In this document: positions 1-12,931 of the stretch, piece after piece
Position numbering within the stretch: position 1 is the first letter of the stretch
Layout of the letters: every line of letters starts with the position of its first letter
Origin: Camelus dromedarius
Taxonomy: Eukaryota
Assembly: GCF_036321535.1 (NCBI RefSeq)
Contig: NC_087436.1
Coordinates: 48,858,001 to 48,922,000, forward strand
DNA: 64,000 nt
Reading direction: 5' to 3'
Notes under the pieces: generated by a model
Told to the model about the DNA's origin: nothing
What the model saw: the letters and a program-made list of their open reading frames with translations, nothing else
Database searches by the model: none
Position numbers and translations under genes: made by a program

Positions 1-697
1 GCTCTACTTCTATCCTGTTGCAGAATACTCCCTAAGAATGATAATGATCCACAAAACTATTTTTGTCTCAAAAGAAAGGAAAATTAAACTTAAGTTCAAA
101 GAAAAATGAAATCTTATCATAAAATAAAATACCAGGTAATATTAACATTCTCTTCCATTTTCTGTGTCAGAACAAAAATATCAAAGTATTGGGTGGAGGA
201 GAAAGTGAAGCTGGGCACTGGGCAACATATTTTACACACTGTTTTACTTAATGATGTGAGGTAAATATTATGATGTTCTGAGCTCTAAGGCTTGCAGAGA
301 TTAGGTAATTTGTCTGAGATTATACAGCTAGGAAATGGCTTTAAATTCAGGCCTTCTTGAAAACTAACTTTACACTTGCGTATCTGTTGCCTGCCTCCCT
401 GGAAGTTTTCTACTGGTACAACAAAAATATAAGAATAGCTTGACTTTTCAGATAAATCAGGAGGAAATTACCTCTAGAAATAAACAAAAAAATTTTGAGA
501 TGAATTTTAGGGATATAATATATACTGTACTTTCAGACTTTCTGCCAAATTAATCTATGTGTAATTTGACTGACCAATTTTGTAAGTCAAATAGAAATTA
601 TAAATTAATCCTTCTTATTGAAAAAGAATGTCTAGACTTGTGTTAACTATATGAATCACTAACAAGGTAATTTGTAAAAGTTTTTTTTTTTTTAAAG

Positions 698-1223
698 GGT
701 AGGAGGTGACAGCAGTATGACATCGTCTCCTCGGATGTCTATAATAACCTTCCTTGGTGAAAACTATGCTCCCTTATGATGATTCACTCAAATATTTCAT
801 CCATTTGTTCTCTGTCCAGTCAGCTTTTAGCTGGCTCAGACTTCTTGCTACCAGCTGGGGAACAGGACATAGTAAAATTTCCTAGAACCTTTATCCTAGC
901 AGTCTGGTCGCTAGCCAGATGCAGTAGCACATATGTTAACCTAGCCAGGAAAAAATTTCCAGAGCATTATGAAGAGAGGCCTTAGGGGAAACCAATGAGC
1001 CAATGAACACAGCAGCTGAATATTGTAAGACGGCTCTTCCCTAGCCTGGAAAGCTCAGATCAAATTCCCTGCGGGGCCATCAATTTCACACTTGATCATT
1101 GAGAGCAGGTTGCTATTAATAAGCCATGGGCCACCAGTGTGGTGAGGAAACCATCTTTGAAGCAACCCTGGGTCTATCCATCATGGGAAATGGCAGAAAC
1201 ATATTTTGTGTTGCCCTTGTTAA
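698..1223 (+). pseudogene. Fossil exon (526 nt, phase 0 in / 1 out)
   Basis: T13-AAAG acceptor and TAA|GTAAGG donor. One frame reads GRR*QQYDIVSSDVYNNLPW*KLCSL...ARKKFPEHYEERP*GKPMSQ*TQQLNIVRRLFPSLESSDQIPCGAINFTLDH*EQVAINKPWATSVVRKPSLKQPWVYPSWEMAETYFVLPLL and includes ORF 776-985. Confidence 0.6.
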
Positions 1224-1589
1224 GTAAGGTTGATTATTCATTATTATTAACATGTATTTGTTGGCAAGGAATAATATGGGACATGTAATTAGATACAACA
1301 TCTGTGCAGCAGGTTTTGTATTTAGGCAGAACTTTTTTCTCTGTAGAGGGGAAAATAAATAAAAAAGAAAGATCAGGTTTAAAGTCCAAGTATTTAAAAA
1401 AAAAAAGCCTGAGTATTATGCATTTATCTATATAAAGAACACAACTGATTTAAAATTAATTCTGACATAACAGAAAACTTTTCTCAAATGTCTTTGAAAA
1501 ACGAATCAATACTACATTGACAGGAAGTGCCTCAATTCTTTCCCTATCAGTGTTTCCTTTTCAAACTAAAATTTATCTTTTAAGATTTC

Positions 1590-2410
<821 letters not shown>

Positions 2411-3299
2411 AAAATCTTAGTTACAATATAGAAAATACTATAATTCAAGGCAATTTGAATTAAAATAAAGTGGCCTTGGACTTCACATTATATCCCTTGA
2501 GTGTTTTCACATATCATGCAGTTGCAGCTGTTGTAACTGTCACTTAAATAGTTCTCTCAAATTTAGCTAAACCAACGGGGAACAATGGCATGATAATCCC
2601 TAACAGCTGATAATTTAAAAACCATTTGCAAAGTATTGTCTCACTAATTCAAATAAACAGGAAGAATAATATATAGCTGAAATAAACAATATTTTAAAAT
2701 AAATGCTATCTTGTTACTTTCTAACAGGTACTGCAAACAAAAATAATAAGAAAATGTTGCCATACAGATGTCCTTTAAGCTAATGTGAAAGAATGCCTGT
2801 GTCACACACACACACATGTGAGTTTTTTTTTTTTATTATTTAACATATAATCTATATATGAGTTCTTAAAACAACAGTTAATATTTAGTGCATTCTTACT
2901 ATGCTGGCACTTTTAGATGCATTTGTTCTCCAAAATAACCCAATGAAATAGGTTCTATTATTAATGTTAAGCTAAGATTGCACTTCTCTCTGAAATTACA
3001 TGCTATTGTCTTGGCTTCAAATACCCTTTTTTGCTCATGTCTTCCCATCAGAATCATACATCAGATATGAAATTTCGGATGCCAACTGCAATCAAATGTT
3101 CCTCACGTGCACAATCAGAAGTAATCATTCCCTTTTCTGAGTTTCTATGAGCTTTTATTCAACAGCATTCATTAAAATTTTTCTAGAAATATATATTAAA
3201 CACTACTTTAAAGACATTGAGCTATATGCAAGAGGTCACAGGGAAGAAGGAAGGATTAATGATATAATTTTAATTATATAATAAAACAATGGTGTGGCC

Positions 3300-3490
3300 T
3301 TGAATTTACTAGACACTTATCAATATGCCCAGCAAGGTACTAATCAACCTATAAAGAAGTCATTATTAACATCCCCTTTTGCAGATGAGGAAACTAAGGC
3401 TTAGGGAAACAACGAACGTGTCTAAGTAGGTATGACTGGTAAATGAGAAGAGCCTGGCCTGACTCTAAAGCCTATGCTTTATAACTATTA
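3300..3490 (-). mobile_element. MIR SINE
   Basis: Core ccccttttgcagatgaggaaactaaggcttag. Confidence 0.7.
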
Positions 3491-5048
3491 CTGCCCTCAA
3501 GAGCGACAGTGTAATGGAGGAAAACATGCACCTAAATAAATTATTGTCCACGGTGAAAGTAATGTTCCATAAAAAGAGAAGGAAGAGGTTCGAAAAAGCT
3601 TCTAGGTAACATCTAAGCTGAATATTGAAAAATAAATATGTGGGAAAGGGAGAAAAGCCATTCTGAACGGACACTGATGGAGAGGTGTTGGGAATTCTGG
3701 GAATGTTATGTTTGGAAGGTCCACAGTCTGCATAAAGGATATTAACACTAGACCGGCAAGCATATGTATGAAGATTAAATACAAAATTATAGGATTTGAA
3801 TTTCCCCACTAGTGTGAGATACATAAATTTGAAATCAATTCAGTATCCCTAGTTCTAAGAATGTACCAGGTACAAAAATGTATCAATATACTTTTGTCTA
3901 ACAAGTATTTAGTGGGCTTTTAATAAATGATACTCCACAATAACCCCAACACATGAAGAAACCTACTAACATTTTAGTCTTATCTGTTCTAGAACAGCTG
4001 TTAGATTTGATGAGAGTTATACACTGTGAAAACTAATCTGGCAACAATCTTAGAGTGGGTTGGTAGAAAGTAGAAAATGAAGATTGGGGGAATAAAGTAA
4101 ATCATAAAATAATATGATCTCCTAAATCACACTGTAGCATATTAGAGATTGGCAGCCCCATAAAGATAATCTAACAAAATTTCCTTATCCTAGAGATGAG
4201 GAAACCAAGACAAGATAAATAAATTTAGAATCTTTCAGATTATGAATGGCAGATAATCAATTTTTGCCAAGCAAGTAATTCTCAGAAACGTGTATGTGGG
4301 GAAATGCTAAAATAGAATATACTCAGCCTAAAAGACTAAATAGAAGAAAAATATAAGAAATAGGACAGAGAAAGAACAGCTACGTCTGTGCTGAACTTTA
4401 AGACCTGCCTGAGCTTCATGTTCAATACAATTTGCCACTCTGAGGTTGAGTTAAAATGGACTTTTATGCAAGATTTTCTTCTGGCAATCTCTGTTATGCC
4501 CTGTGAAAATAAAGATGATGTGTATTAACAAACAAAATCTGTTTTCTCATTGTAAAAGTTACATATACATACGAATAGTAGAAAAATTGAAAAACCAATC
4601 AACCAACCAGACGAACAAACAAATGAAAGAATCAACTATAAAATCCACCAGCCCAAAACAGCTACTATTAAAAACTTGGCCTGAAGAATTGATAACAACT
4701 CTAGGGATTCCAAGAAGAGAAAACAGCAGTTGCAGAGGCACAGAGGTAAGAAATCATACAGAGACTTTCAAGGATCTGATTGAAAATAGCAAATTGGAAT
4801 ACAAATCTGGGAAGGCCGGGAGATGGTGGAAGATGAGGCTGCAACAGATAATAAACTGCATCTTCCAATTGTGGTTTCATAAAATGTGGTCACCAAGGTA
4901 CGTTAGTTTTACCCATGCTTTATTGGCTGCCTCCTTCATCATCAGAAGACTATTTACAAAGACTGATCCTCTGTGGGCTTGGATTTAACGATGGCTCTCT
5001 GTCCTCATGACAAGGAATGACAATTGGCTATGTATAGTGTATATATAC

Positions 5049-5335
5049 ATTTTTATTGAGGTAGAACTGACATATAACATTATATTAGTTTCAGGTGTAC
5101 AACCTAATGGTTTTATACTTGTATATATTGCAAAAGAATCACCATACTAAGTCTAGTTACCATCTTTCACCATGCATGGTTACAAAGCAAAAACCATGAT
5201 TTTTTTTCTTACGATGAGAACGTTTCAGATGTATTCTCTTAGCAACTTTCAAATGTACAATACAGTATTATTAACTATAGTCACCATGCTGCACATTACA
5301 TCCCCAAGACATTTATAACTGGAAGTTTGTACCTA
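5049..5335 (-). mobile_element. Truncated L1 3' end (L1MA-like)
   Basis: tttttattgaggtagaactgacatataacattatattagtttcaggtgtacaac… signature; ATACATTTTT repeated on both sides (probable TSD). Confidence 0.75.
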
Positions 5336-6002
5336 GCATACATTTTTTTAATGAAATAGACTGTACTTGTCTGGGATGAATTAAGTCTGCTCTTGACTGA
5401 AAACAGCTGAATTGACTAACTGACCTTTCAAAGTCTAAAATCTCTTTTTACTTAGAAATATGCAGGAAAGAGTGAAATATAAGACACTCTTCAATAGATA
5501 TTACACTCAAGAGTAGAAATATTCAGACAAATTCAAATGACCTTATCTGAAATAAAGGCATAAATTGATTTAAAATTGAGAATCAATTTTTAAAAGCTTG
5601 TGTGAGTCTGTAAGTAAAAAAGGCAAAAAGTTCATCAATAGAAACCGGTCACCGTAAATGGCAACCTGGAGCTCTGAAATGTCAATTTCACACTGCACTA
5701 AGCATATCCTACCAAACATGACCAAACTGCTGTTTGGAAAAATATCAACACCTGATGCTACATTCCTGCAAATAATACGTCAGACATATTAGCCAGGTCA
5801 GGTACAAAACCTACCCACTCAGGAATCACTTTCCATCTGCTTCAGTGTTTATCACTTAATTTAAATCAGATGTGTTAATTGAGCTAGACAAAGCAGCTAA
5901 CTCCACATAACTCCGTGGTTTGGCTCAGTGTAAGTACATGCTAAGAATATCCTTAAAAAGCAGGTGGGGGGAACCTAAGTCAGTTAGAACATATACATCT
6001 AG

Positions 6003-6289
6003 GATTTCAGGCTGACGGCCAAAATATATAACCTACTGCTATGATCTGCCACTCATATGACCTCTTCAGTCAGGTGCCCACCACAGTGCTGACAGTCCCA
6101 ATCTGAATCACTTATTAGGTGATAAAAATTATTCAGGGGTGAGCTATTTTCCATTGGAGAAGTTCTTTTGGGAAAACACTTGAAATTTGGCCTCAGGGAC
6201 TGAAGGCAAAGATACTTCCAATCTGACAACAAAGCAAAAGAATGTGTTGCTGTCTTACTCGGAACCTCTGGGGAATTTTCTCCCTCTGG
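6003..6289 (+). pseudogene. Fossil exon (287 nt, phase 2 in / 1 out)
   Basis: CATCTAG acceptor and TGG|GTGAGT donor. Reads ISG*RPKYITYCYDLPLI*PLQSGAHHSADSPNLNHLLGDKNYSGVSYFPLEKFFWENT*NLASGTEGKDTSNLTTKQKNVLLSYSEPLGNFLPL; all three stops are TGA. Confidence 0.6.
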
Positions 6290-7543
6290 GTGAGTGGGCT
6301 GGGGACCTAGCACTAACCAATCCCTCCCTGACATGAGTAAATGAGGTCTGTCAGTGATGTGTAAGTAAAGAGCAACTCCAGAAACAGAATTTTCAAATTC
6401 AAGCAGACTTAATTGAGGGTGATAAAGCACACAGACACAAAAAAAGTTAACTTAGATTTAAGGCACATGAACAGACTAATGAACCCTTAGCAAAAGTTAC
6501 AAGTAGAATTCTCTCCATGTGCTTTTGGTCAAGTTTCTTTCCAGGGTGTGTGCCCACGTTGCTACCCTCCAGGAACACAAGGCAAAACAAGCCAACCAGC
6601 AGTCAATTGCACTGAAATACCAGGTTTTTATTACATCATAAACAAAATGGTGGTCAAGGAGGAGTCCATGAAAATGCTCTAGCCCTTAAGTGAAAGACAA
6701 CAGGCAGAGTCAAAGGTTTGCAGAATCAAAAAGGCAAATAAACATTGCTTCATATTCAATAAAGATAGTAAATTTAATAAATTTACTGTAGCCTTCTCTC
6801 AGAGAAAGATGATCTGTTCTGCCCTTTTAATAGACAAGTCACTGGTCTCTAGTACTCCTAGCCTAGAATGTCACTTGTTAGTGTACAGAGGTCCAGAAAA
6901 CTAATAGGTTTTATTAATACTGGTGCCTGTTTCTCTTCAGAAAGCTCATTTTTAGTTATTAACATATAAACAGATATATAAAATTGTTAGCTGTTGTCTT
7001 CAAGAAGAGTTCTGAAATCATAGAAAATGTTTTTGAAATCAAAAGAAAACAGCAACCTCCTCCCCTCCCCAAAACCCTACCTAAACTAACCTTTATTTTA
7101 AAAAAAAAAAGCATAAATTATGACATTAAAGGCTCTCAATGAGCTGATTCCACTTCACCAGTCATCTACAGTAGGCATTACTTCATGAAACTTGTTTTCT
7201 GACATTCACTTGAAATTCTCTTTCCATGCTCATTTCTTCTAGTCTTGATAACGCTAGTTCCTCTCACTAAAATACTTGACATTCTTCTTTTAATCTAAAG
7301 TTTACTCTGTTTCAAGGCCAAATTCAAGACTTGCTTTACATCTTTCCCAACCAAAAATCAACATCCTTCCTTTCTGGCCTTTTATAACACCTACTGCTTC
7401 AGTCTTTCCAATTCAGTAATTTTTCACTGCAGAAATTATGTTCCTAAAATGTAATATAGTTGGCAAAACCTAACTGGTAAGATCAAAGTCTTATAGAATA
7501 TAGGGGATTAAGAAAATAATGCTTTTAAATCTTTTTTCTTTAG

Positions 7544-7971
7544 ATCTAAATAATATAGATTTATTGGAGACAATTCCTCCTGTCGGCTTCCAAATAGGAA
7601 ATCCTACTGCTGAAGCAGATTCTCCAAGTTTAATGTCAGGAGGCTTTGTTGAGACAGCCCTTACTGACTTAGATCCCTGTATTTTGTACATGGGTTTTCC
7701 CTTATTTTTTTGTTTCTCTCTTTGTTTCTCTCTCTGTCACAAATCTTAGCAAAGTGTTTGTGCTATTAACTAACAAACTTACTAAGTTACAGAACATAGT
7801 TTTCTCGACCGGTCTTCTTCATATTGTTAAGGGAGAAAACACATAGGCTTCACAGACCCAGTGAGAGGTCCTACTGAGGAGGATGTACAAAATCTATCAA
7901 GCTCTATTGTTTGGGGACACAATTATAAGAAGGAGTTATCTCAAAACACTGTTTTTGAAGAATCAATGAAG
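7544..7971 (+). pseudogene. Two stop-free fossil exons (7544-7678, 7832-7971) separated by a 153-nt intron
   Basis: TTTTTTCTTTAG and TCTTCTTCATATTGTTAAG acceptors. The phase-1 junction T|GG gives Trp: DLNNIDLLETIPPVGFQIGNPTAEADSPSLMSGGFVETALTDLDP-W-RKHIGFTDPVRGPTEEDVQNLSSSIVWGHNYKKELSQNTVFEESMK (matches ORFs 7519-7749 and 7861-8049). Confidence 0.65.
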
Positions 7972-8114
7972 GTCAATTTCATTGACCATTCTGTTAAAAA
8001 ACATGAGTCTCACTGTAAAAATGAAAAGAAAAAAGTCCATTTTTGTTGAGTCATAGAGATGTTTGCAAACATTGTTATTTTCAGTAAGTTTTAAAAAATC
8101 AGATCTTGGAAATA

Positions 8115-9790
8115 ATTTTTTTAAAAAATTGAATTATAGTTGATTTACAATACTGTGTTAGTTTCAGGTATACAGCAAAATGATTCAGTTATACATATAT
8201 AATTTTTTCAGATTCTTTTCCATTATAGGTTATTATAAGATATTGAATATAGTTCCTTGTGCTAGAGTCCTTGTTGTTTATCTATTTTATATATAGTAGT
8301 ATGTAGCTCTTGATCCCAAATTCTTAATTCATCCCTTGCCCTCTTTTCCCCTTTGGTAACCATAAGTTTATTTTCTATGTCTGTGAGTCTGTTTCTATTC
8401 TGTAAATAAGCTCATTTGTATCATTTTTTTTATATTCCACATATGTGATATGGAATTGTCTTTCTCTGTCTGACTTACTTCACTTAGTATGATAATCTCT
8501 AGGTCCATCCATGTTGCTGCAAATGGTAATATTTCATTCTTTTTTATGGCTGAGTAATATTCACACACACACACACACCACGTCTTTATCCATTCATCTT
8601 ATGCTGCTTTCACATCTTGGCTATTGTAAATAGTGCTGCTGTGAACATTGGGGTGCATGTATCTTTTTGTCTTAGTTTTCATCTTGTTTTAGATATATGC
8701 CCAGGAGTGGGATTGCTGGATCATATGGTAGACCTATTTTTAATTTTTTGAGGAACCTCCATACAGTTTTTCATAGTGGCTGCACCAATTTACATTCCCA
8801 TCAACAGTGTAGAAGGGTTCCTTTTTTCCATACCATCTCCAGCATTTATTATTTGTAAACTTTTTGATCATGGCCATTCTGATTGGTGTCACTGTAGTTT
8901 TGATTTACATTTCTCTAATAATTAGCAATGTTGAGCATCTTTTCATGTGCCTGTTGGCTATCTGTATGCCTTCTTTGGAGAAATGTCTATTTAATGTCTT
9001 CTGCTCATCTTTTCATTGAGTTGTTTGGTTTTTTTGTTGTTGAGTTTTATAAGCTGTTTTTGTATCTTGGAAATTAAGCCCTTGCTGATCACATCATTTG
9101 CAAATATTCTCTCCCAGTCCGTAAGTTGTCTTTTCATTTTGTTTATGGTTTCCTTTGCTGTGCAAAAGCTTTTAAGTTTGACTGGGTCCCATTTGTTTAT
9201 TTTTACTTTCATTTCTATTTCCTTGGGAGACTGACCTAAGAAAATATTGCTACAATTTATGTTAGAGAATGTTTTGCCTATATTCTCTTCTAGGAGTTTT
9301 ATGGTGGTATGTCTTATAACTAAGTCTTTAAGCCACTCTGAATTTATTTTTGTGTATGGTGCAAGGGAGTGTTCTAACTTCATTGATTTGCATGTGGTTC
9401 TCCAGTTTTCCCAACATCACTTGCTGAAGAGACTGTCTTTTCTCCATTGTATATTCTTGCTTTTTTTGTCAAAGATTAATTGACTGTAGGTGGATGGGTT
9501 TATTTCTGGGCTTTCTATTCTTTTCCATTGATCTACATGTCTGTTTTTGTGCCAATACCACACTGTTTTGATTCCTGTAGTTTTGGAGTATTGTCTGAGG
9601 TCAGGGAGGGTTATGCCTCCAGCTTTGTTCTTTTCCCTCAGGATTGCTTTGGCAATTCTGGTTTTTTTTGTGGTTCCATATAAAATTTTAGGATTGTTTG
9701 TTCTAGTTCAGTGAAAAATGTCCCAGGTAATCTGATAGGGATCACATTAACTTTGTAGCTTGCTTTGGGTAGTATGGACATTTTAATAAG
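8115..9790 (-). mobile_element. 5'-truncated L1 (ORF2 C-terminus plus 3' UTR)
   Basis: ORF 8991-9383 ([15 protein letters not shown]…IKLLEENIG…[20 protein letters not shown]…DWERIFAN) is L1 ORF2; T-rich tail at ~8115. Confidence 0.95.
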
Positions 9791-12449
9791 GAGATATTTC
9801 TTAATTTATTTTCTTCCTCTGAAGACATTCAGTGGTCAGAATCAGTATCACATTTTTAACTCCAATTGCTTCTCATACTATTTTCTCCCTTTGATTCATT
9901 CATTATTTCATTCAGGAATTAATTAAATCTCTGCCTTCTTTGTACTGGTCAGTCAATCAGGAATGAGTTATAAACATGAATACCTGATCCACCCTCAAGG
10001 AGCTGTCTTGGGGAAGAGATAGTATCTGGTAAGGCAATCTCCTTCTTTACTGAACTAAAACCAACCACTAACCCACAAGGTGTAAGACAACTGGACCAAG
10101 CAGCCTCCACTCTGTCCCTTTGAGCTTCACCTTTTGAATGGGTTTCACTTGAATTATCACTTCTGCCTTCACGCTGCCTTCTCAGGATATCTTACTTTCT
10201 CTCAGTAAAAAATAAAATAACATGTTTTGGGATCCCATTAGCACAATGGAGACAGGCTGGTATTTGAAAAAGACTTTGCTAAATACTTAAGGTAGGACAA
10301 ATAGAAAATAATAAAATAAAACAACACACAGCTTAAAAAATAATCTCAGATTTCTGATCTTACCATTGCTAGCTGACTTCTAGAGCTTTCAGGCTCTGTG
10401 CTATGGTTTAGCCTATGTGAGACCGTCACTGCCTTAAGGACCTACAGAAACTGCCTACTTGTGCTACAGTTTTCTGTACACAAAATAGAACTAAAACGTA
10501 AAACCTGCGGAATTTCTCAGCTTTAAGAAAAACATGTCGCTAACTAAAAAAAGGCAAACAATATTCTGAGGAAGATATCTCTAGCACATAAACATAAGAT
10601 TGATAATTTTATTAAGGAACTCATTCAAATTAGCAAGAAACAGATATTAAGCAAAATAAATGCAAATATTCAACCTTGGTATGATAAAATAACACTAAAT
10701 GAAACAAGTTATGCCTATTACCCTGTAAAATTTACCAAAAAAGTTTGATGAACAAATGTTAATGAAAGTAGGAGTGAAGCAAAGGCTTCTGAACATTACT
10801 GATGGTAAAACAAACTAGTTAAAACCCCTTTGGAAACCAATTTAGCAATATACATCATAAGCAACAAAAATGTTCACATCCTTTGACTCTATCATCTGAC
10901 TTCTGAGAAACAATTCAAAGAGTAGGAGAAGCTATGTGCAGGATGTTTTCATTGTAGTGTTATCTGCAGAGTGAGAGTTGAGAGCAACTTCACATTTAAC
11001 TGCAGATAAGCAAAATATATTAAATCTACTTGGTAAAATATTATAGAATCATTAAAAATGAGCAGTTATCTTAGGGGATGGTTGTATTATGTTTCAAAAT
11101 TTTAAAAATTTTTCAAAAGCAAACACCATAAATGTATGAAGTAGCTGAATTCTTTAACATGGCTTGACATTAAATGACAAGTTCTATCACACTGCCTGAC
11201 AAAAAGTATGAAAGGAAAATATTTAAAGATACAGGGAAAGTATAAAGCTAGAATATATTTTAGCTAATACAGTTTATTGCATTCTAAAAAGGAGAAGATG
11301 CTGCACTTATATTTGAATACTCTTTTTTTTTATTAGAACCTTTTATATTCTATAGGTATTTGAACCTAACTAGTAGCAAATCAAAGGAATGTATCTCCTT
11401 GTAAAATAGGCTGGGTACAATGCAGGATTTACAATCAAATATAATCACAGATGCAGCAGAAAAGCCCAGCTGACATTGATCTTTTTTGCTCCTTGACACA
11501 GAGATACAAAAACATTGGCAATAACCTATTGTTTTGGTTTAAGAATTTACTCATTATTGCTAACAGCACAAGCTATATGAGAAAGAAGGAAGAGACCTGG
11601 ACTGCACAGAGACCATTTGTGTGAAAAAAAAGCATAAAGTTTGCTGTTCACAAAAGAGATTTCTAATTTCAGAGTAAGCATTGTCATCAAGGGTTTTCAG
11701 ATCATGAGCTGAATTTGAAGAGATGCTCCCACTCTTACGTCCAGTTGAACACAAATGCATTCAACAAGTGGAAAATTACTTGGTATAATAGGATCAGATG
11801 GTATTAACAGAATATTGAAAAGAATAAGGTAAAAAATAGCTGAAAATGTTGAAAGTAACCATATTTCAACAATGAAGGAGAGAATTCATCTTGGGAGTGG
11901 AAATTTTTAATATATTAAGAGTTTTATAGACTGCTTTTAATTTTAATCAAATGGGGAGTTCCAAATTTTAAGCCTCTGAAGCAAAGATTCCAATAGTTAG
12001 AGGGTTATTATATGTCCTCTCCCTATCTTAACTCAACAATTCTAGGATTTAAGAAGTCACATTAAAAAGCAATTTTCTTTAACAGGTATGGTCATTGAAA
12101 GTAATTTTCAGGCAACTATAGTATGGGCTAATATAAGATTTATGGGACAAACTACTATTTCAAAACATTTCCTCTAAAGGTGCAAACCCCAGCTGCCAGG
12201 TTAATAAATTTCAAATTTTATTAATTTTGCTAGGACAACAGCAATACAAATCAGTGTAACTTCACACATGAGATTTGCACAGATGCTGTAAGAGGGGACT
12301 ATGGCATAATTACCAAGCATAATGGACGTAGCGCTCCAGTTGTGGACACAGCTGACTGACAGACAGTGTGTCTTAAGTGTGTGTTACACTGCTTCATCTC
12401 TCCATAAATCTCAGCTTTCCTCATTCTGGGTGACCTCTATTTTCTCTCT

Positions 12450-12931
12450 CAGCTCTGAATTTCCATTACTCTGCCAGATACCTTAGGTTTGTCTCCCCCA
12501 AATTCAACCTGCTCCCTGCCCTAGTGTATGACCTGTATAGGATGCTTCAACAGGCTTCCTTGCCCTTTGGAATCTGGGTGGGTTTGGCCAGTGCGAAACC
12601 CCAGCAGGAGACCAGACAGTGACTGAGGGCAGGGTAATTTTCCTCTCCTCCCACCCCTACAGTCCCTGAGCCTGACTCTGTCTCTTGCTTGAAGGTTACT
12701 GCCCCTATCAAAGCAGCTTGCTCTAAGGGACTTTCTCTCTTTCCTTCTTCCTCTCAGTCAAGCCTAGAGGCAGAAACAGCTCTGTGACTACTAATGACAG
12801 TTTCCTGCTCTATCCCTTCACGGTTTAAGATCCTGTCTTACAACTTTATAATTAATCTCTACATATAAATCTTCCTCAGAGATTCCCAATTTGAATGTGC
12901 CATCTTTTCCTATTTGGCATCTGACTCATAA
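12450..12931 (+). mobile_element. Solo ERVL LTR (LTR16-like)
   Basis: …ggcttccttgccctttgg…gggtttggccagtg…ccccagcaggaga… with 3' end ttgaatgtgccatcttttccta…ctgactcata, typical of LTR16. Confidence 0.55.

Noticed and set aside
1116..1342. Strong minus-strand acceptor near 1342 and ORF 1116-1301 as a possible next GSTCD exon
   Set aside because: No frame gives the expected GSTCD continuation (KMSSDRALRKQQQ); better explained as the antisense side of the + strand fossil exon. A cryptic exon cannot be excluded.
2729..2800. Strong + strand acceptor TTACTTTCTAACAG at 2728 as another fossil exon (likewise 20637-20751)
   Set aside because: Frame, donor or acceptor could not be fixed; left uncalled pending an orthologue alignment.
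4503..4988. 161-aa ORF
   Set aside because: GTG start, runs through repeat-like DNA; its 3' part overlaps a fossil exon that reads better in a different frame.
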